Source: Lachnoclostridium sp. UBA3262
GTDB taxonomy: Bacteria; Bacillota; Clostridia; Lachnospirales; Lachnospiraceae
Length of the DNA stretch: 64,000 bases
Direction of reading: 5' to 3'
Assembly (NCBI GenBank): GCA_002362575.1
Contig: DEUM01000009.1
Span: forward strand, 43,639-107,638
Positions 60,821 to 64,000 of the stretch are shown here, piece after piece. Under the pieces are notes generated by a model. That model had not been told where the DNA came from. It ran no database searches and saw only the letters and a list, made by a program, of their open reading frames with translations. How positions within the stretch are numbered: the first letter of the stretch is position 1; the number at the start of each line of letters is the position of its first letter. Position numbers and translations under genes: made by a program.

Positions 60821-61756
60821 ATGAACGTTATATTTATGGGAACGCCGGACTTTGCCGTACCAGTCCTGAAGGCACTCATTGATTCTGACAGGCACGAGGT
60901 AACGGCTGTTGTGACGCAGCCGGATAAGGCAAGGGGAAGAAGCGGTAAGCTTGTCTATACCCCGGTAAAGGAAACGGCATTGGAAAACGGGATTCCTGTT
61001 CATACGCCGGAACGCATAAAAGCGCCGGAGTTTGTGGAGGCGCTAAAGAAAATTCCCTGTGATGTAATCGTTGTTGTGGCGTTTGGGCAGATTTTGTCAC
61101 AGGAGATATTAGATATTCCCCAGTACGGCTGTATCAATGTACACGCCTCCCTTCTTCCAAGATGGCGGGGAGCGGCCCCGATGCAGTGGGCGATACTGGA
61201 AGGGGATAAAAAAACAGGGATTACGACAATGCAGATGGACGCCGGATTAGATACCGGGGATATGCTTATGCAGACAGAGATAGAAATTCTGCCGGATGAG
61301 ACGGGAGAGAGCCTGCATGATAAGATGGCATTATCTGGCGGCAGACTGCTTTTAGAGACATTAGAGGCTGTCGGAAAAGGAGAACTTCATCCGGTTCCAC
61401 AGGATGGAGAAAAGAGCACGTATGCCAAAATGCTGACCAAAGAGCTGGGAAGGCTGGATATGACATGGGAGGCAGAAAAGCTGGAGCGTTATATCCGCGG
61501 GCTGAATTCATGGCCGAGCGCTTATACAAAATATAAAGGAAAGACTCTGAAGCTGTGGAGGGCAGAGGTCGTTTTGGAAGAAACCGGAGAAAAGCCGGGA
61601 ACGGTAGTCGGTGTGGAAAAGGACAGCATAATGGTACAGACAGGGAAAGGGTGCCTCCGGCTGCTTGAGGTTCAGTTAGAAGGTAAAAAAAGAATGGATG
61701 CCGCCAGCTTTCTGCGCGGCGTCAGAATAGAAAAGGGTGATATGTTATGTATTTAG
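60821..61756 (+). CDS. fmt: Methionyl-tRNA formyltransferase
   Basis: FMGTPDFA, VTQPD, VVAFGQIL, NVHASLLPRWRGAAP and LDTGD motifs. Confidence 0.97.
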   Translation: MNVIFMGTPDFAVPVLKALIDSDRHEVTAVVTQPDKARGRSGKLVYTPVKETALENGIPVHTPERIKAPEFVEALKKIPCDVIVVVAFGQILSQEILDIPQYGCINVHASLLPRWRGAAPMQWAILEGDKKTGITTMQMDAGLDTGDMLMQTEIEILPDETGESLHDKMALSGGRLLLETLEAVGKGELHPVPQDGEKSTYAKMLTKELGRLDMTWEAEKLERYIRGLNSWPSAYTKYKGKTLKLWRAEVVLEETGEKPGTVVGVEKDSIMVQTGKGCLRLLEVQLEGKKRMDAASFLRGVRIEKGDMLCI

Positions 61757-62466
61757 GTGGATTTGGTCGGGGAATGTATCTTATGTGGGATCCGACTTAT
61801 ATTTTAATTCTCGCAGGCGTTGTCTTGTCTATGCTGGCGTCGCTAAAGGTAAAGAGTACCTTTTCGAGATACAGCACTGTGAGAAGTGCGAGTGGCATGA
61901 CAGGAGAGCAGGTGGCACACCGGATTTTATCTTATGCCGGTATTTCTGATGTGACAGTAACCCATATATCCGGGCAGTTGAATGACCACTATAATCCGAA
62001 AACAAAGGTGGTTGCTTTATCGGATGCGGTGTACGGGAGCAATTCTGTGGCGGCAATCGCAGTGGCCGCCCATGAGTGCGGACATGTGATTCAGCATGCG
62101 AAGGCGTATAAACCACTGTCGATAAGGACAGCACTGGTACCGGTTGCCAACTTTGGCTCCGGGGCTTCATGGTTTGTAATTCTTGCCGGAATCATTTTTA
62201 GTATTCCGTCCTTAGTAACGGCTGGTATTGTCCTGTTCAGTGCGGCTGTTTTATTTCAGATTGTGACGCTGCCGGTAGAGTTCAATGCCTCTGGGCGCGC
62301 TCTGCGCATTTTACAGGAAACAGGTATACTTGGACATAATGAAGGCCGTGATGCGGGGAAGGTGCTCCGTGCGGCGGCATTGACTTATGTAGCTGCCGCT
62401 GCAGCTTCAATTTTACAATTACTGAGATTGATACTATTGTTTGGAAGGAATCGGAACGACGGATGA
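61747..62466 (+). CDS. Membrane zinc metallopeptidase (YugP-like)
   Basis: DHYNP, VAAHECGHVIQH, VTLPVEFNAS.RA and AAALTYVA motifs. Confidence 0.88.
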   Translation: MYLGGFGRGMYLMWDPTYILILAGVVLSMLASLKVKSTFSRYSTVRSASGMTGEQVAHRILSYAGISDVTVTHISGQLNDHYNPKTKVVALSDAVYGSNSVAAIAVAAHECGHVIQHAKAYKPLSIRTALVPVANFGSGASWFVILAGIIFSIPSLVTAGIVLFSAAVLFQIVTLPVEFNASGRALRILQETGILGHNEGRDAGKVLRAAALTYVAAAAASILQLLRLILLFGRNRNDG

Positions 62467-63773
62467 GAGAGCTTGCCTACGAGATTGTATTCGGAACACT
62501 GGAAAAGGGAAAACACAGTGACTTTCTGCTCCATGCCATACAGGAGCGGGAGAAAACGCTGACTGTTCATCAAAAAAGTTATCTGAAGCGTCTGGCATAC
62601 GGTACGATAGAGAGGGCAGTGGAGCTGGATGCGGTTCTGAACCAGTTTTCCAAAACAAGAGTCTGTCGGATGGATGCGGCGGTCCGGACTGTGCTTCGGA
62701 TGGCGTTATATGAAATCCGGTATATGGAACAGGTGCCGGATGCGGCGGCATGCAATGAGGCGGTAGAGCTTGTCAGAAAAAAGGGAGTGGGGAAATACGC
62801 CGGTTTTGTCAACGGTGTTTTGAGAAATATTGTGAGGCAAAAGGACAGGATACGTTTAGAGGAAGAATGGGTTAATCTTTCCCTGCCAGAGCCATTGTTT
62901 CAGCACCTTGTATCACAGTACGGAAAGAAGACGGCAGAGAAAATTGGCAGGGCATTTCTGGAAAAGGAGAATGTTCTTACGATTCATGTAGATACAAACC
63001 GGATTCCGCTCAAGGAGTACGCCGGATTGTTAGAGGAAAAAAGCATTTCCTTCCGTCATGGATATTATATGGAAAATGCTCTGCTGCTTTCCGGAGTAAG
63101 TGATGTCTGCGCCCTGCCGGGGTATAGGGAAGGCTTCTTCTTTGTTCAGGATGAGAGCTCCATGCTTCCGGTTGTATGTGCAGGGATTAGGCCGGGGGAT
63201 ACGGTGATTGATGTGTGTGCAGCGCCGGGAGGAAAGACACTGCATGCGCTCCATATGTTAAATGGGGATGGGCATGTAAGTGCCCGCGACGTCAGCAGTA
63301 AAAAAGTAAATCTTCTAAGGGAAAATATCCAGAGGATGCAGTATAAAAATGTGGAAAGTAAGGTGTGGGATGGTGTAAAACCGGATGATGAATGGAGAGA
63401 ACGGGCAGACGTGCTTCTGGCAGATGTGCCATGTTCCGGTATCGGGATTATTGGAAAAAAGCCAGAAATCAAATACCATGCACTGGAACAGGCAGAGAGA
63501 CTGGTACCGTTGCAGAGGAAAATCTGTGAAGCGTCGGTAACGATGCTGAAACCGGGCGGTGTATTTATTTACAGCACCTGCACGATAAACCATGCCGAGA
63601 ATGAAGAAAATGCAGCATGGCTGGAGGAGCATCTGGGGCTTAGGCGGGACAGTATAGATAAGTTTCTCCCAGCGGTGCTCCGAAACAGAATGACAGAACA
63701 GGGAATGTTGCAGATGCTTCCCGGCGTACAAAAGACCGACGGCTTTTTTGTAGCGCGTTTTATAAAGGTCTGA
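62463..63773 (+). CDS. rsmB: 16S rRNA m5C967 methyltransferase
   Basis: NusB-like N-terminus; VQDESS, DVCAAPGGKT, DVPCSGIG, YSTCT and DGFFVARF motifs. Confidence 0.92.
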   Translation: MRELAYEIVFGTLEKGKHSDFLLHAIQEREKTLTVHQKSYLKRLAYGTIERAVELDAVLNQFSKTRVCRMDAAVRTVLRMALYEIRYMEQVPDAAACNEAVELVRKKGVGKYAGFVNGVLRNIVRQKDRIRLEEEWVNLSLPEPLFQHLVSQYGKKTAEKIGRAFLEKENVLTIHVDTNRIPLKEYAGLLEEKSISFRHGYYMENALLLSGVSDVCALPGYREGFFFVQDESSMLPVVCAGIRPGDTVIDVCAAPGGKTLHALHMLNGDGHVSARDVSSKKVNLLRENIQRMQYKNVESKVWDGVKPDDEWRERADVLLADVPCSGIGIIGKKPEIKYHALEQAERLVPLQRKICEASVTMLKPGGVFIYSTCTINHAENEENAAWLEEHLGLRRDSIDKFLPAVLRNRMTEQGMLQMLPGVQKTDGFFVARFIKV

Positions 63774-63803
63774 CAGGGCGGCACAGTACAAGGAAGGTTC
63801 AGT

Positions 63804-64000
63804 ATGGATATAAGAAACTGTAATGAAGAAGAAATGAAAGAGATTGCGAAAGAATTCGGCGAAAAAGAATTCCGTGGAAAGCAGATGTTTGAATGGATAC
63901 ATGGAAAACAGATACAGGATTTGGATGAGATGACAAATCTTTCGGCGGAGTTCCGCCGCCGTCTGAAGGAAAAGTACCGGATATCCGGGATGGAAGTCTT
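63804..64000 (+). CDS. rlmN: Dual-specificity RNA methyltransferase RlmN, N-terminal part (runs off the window)
   Basis: My translation reads MDIRNCN...GEKEFRGKQMFEWIH...DEMTNLS..FR; position after rsmB is the conserved one. Confidence 0.8.
   Translation, partial: MDIRNCNEEEMKEIAKEFGEKEFRGKQMFEWIHGKQIQDLDEMTNLSAEFRRRLKEKYRISGMEV

Overview
This window is chromosomal DNA from a spore-forming Clostridia bacterium, probably Lachnospiraceae (inferred from the gene set, the rpsT-gpr-spoIIP arrangement and the CIRCE-groESL locus). Both flanks are mostly housekeeping genes: pheT, thrC, hisA, glnS and groESL on the left; guaB, rpsT, gpr, spoIIP, a metH-type gene, two GT2 genes, an LCP gene, ilvN-ilvC, lysine riboswitch-dapA-dapB, murF and priA-def-fmt-rsmB-rlmN on the right. 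An accessory block runs from about 13.9 to 35.3 kb and has three parts. (i) A GLUG/FN3 surface protein, a PASTA Ser/Thr kinase and an HTH-like protein form an operon. (ii) An AT-rich operon at 19.7-27.1 kb encodes an HTH-only WYL-type regulator, an EEP nuclease, an 861-aa protein, five small proteins, an unfoldase-type AAA+ ATPase and a TerB-like protein. The 861-aa protein and most of the small proteins share one unnamed C-terminal module. This operon is the best candidate for an undescribed system. (iii) A duplicated ~1.3-1.4 kb leader+Rpn (PD-(D/E)XK) unit is interleaved with four zinc-ribbon membrane proteins, and Rpn copy 1 carries two palindromic micro-insertions. Other observations: WalR-type boxes in front of both cell-wall hydrolase genes, several nested palindromic intergenic elements, and an ECF S-component plus class V aminotransferase pair that may salvage vitamin B6. 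I found no tRNA, rRNA, CRISPR array or prophage structural genes. All family calls come from reading motifs by eye; no database search was run.
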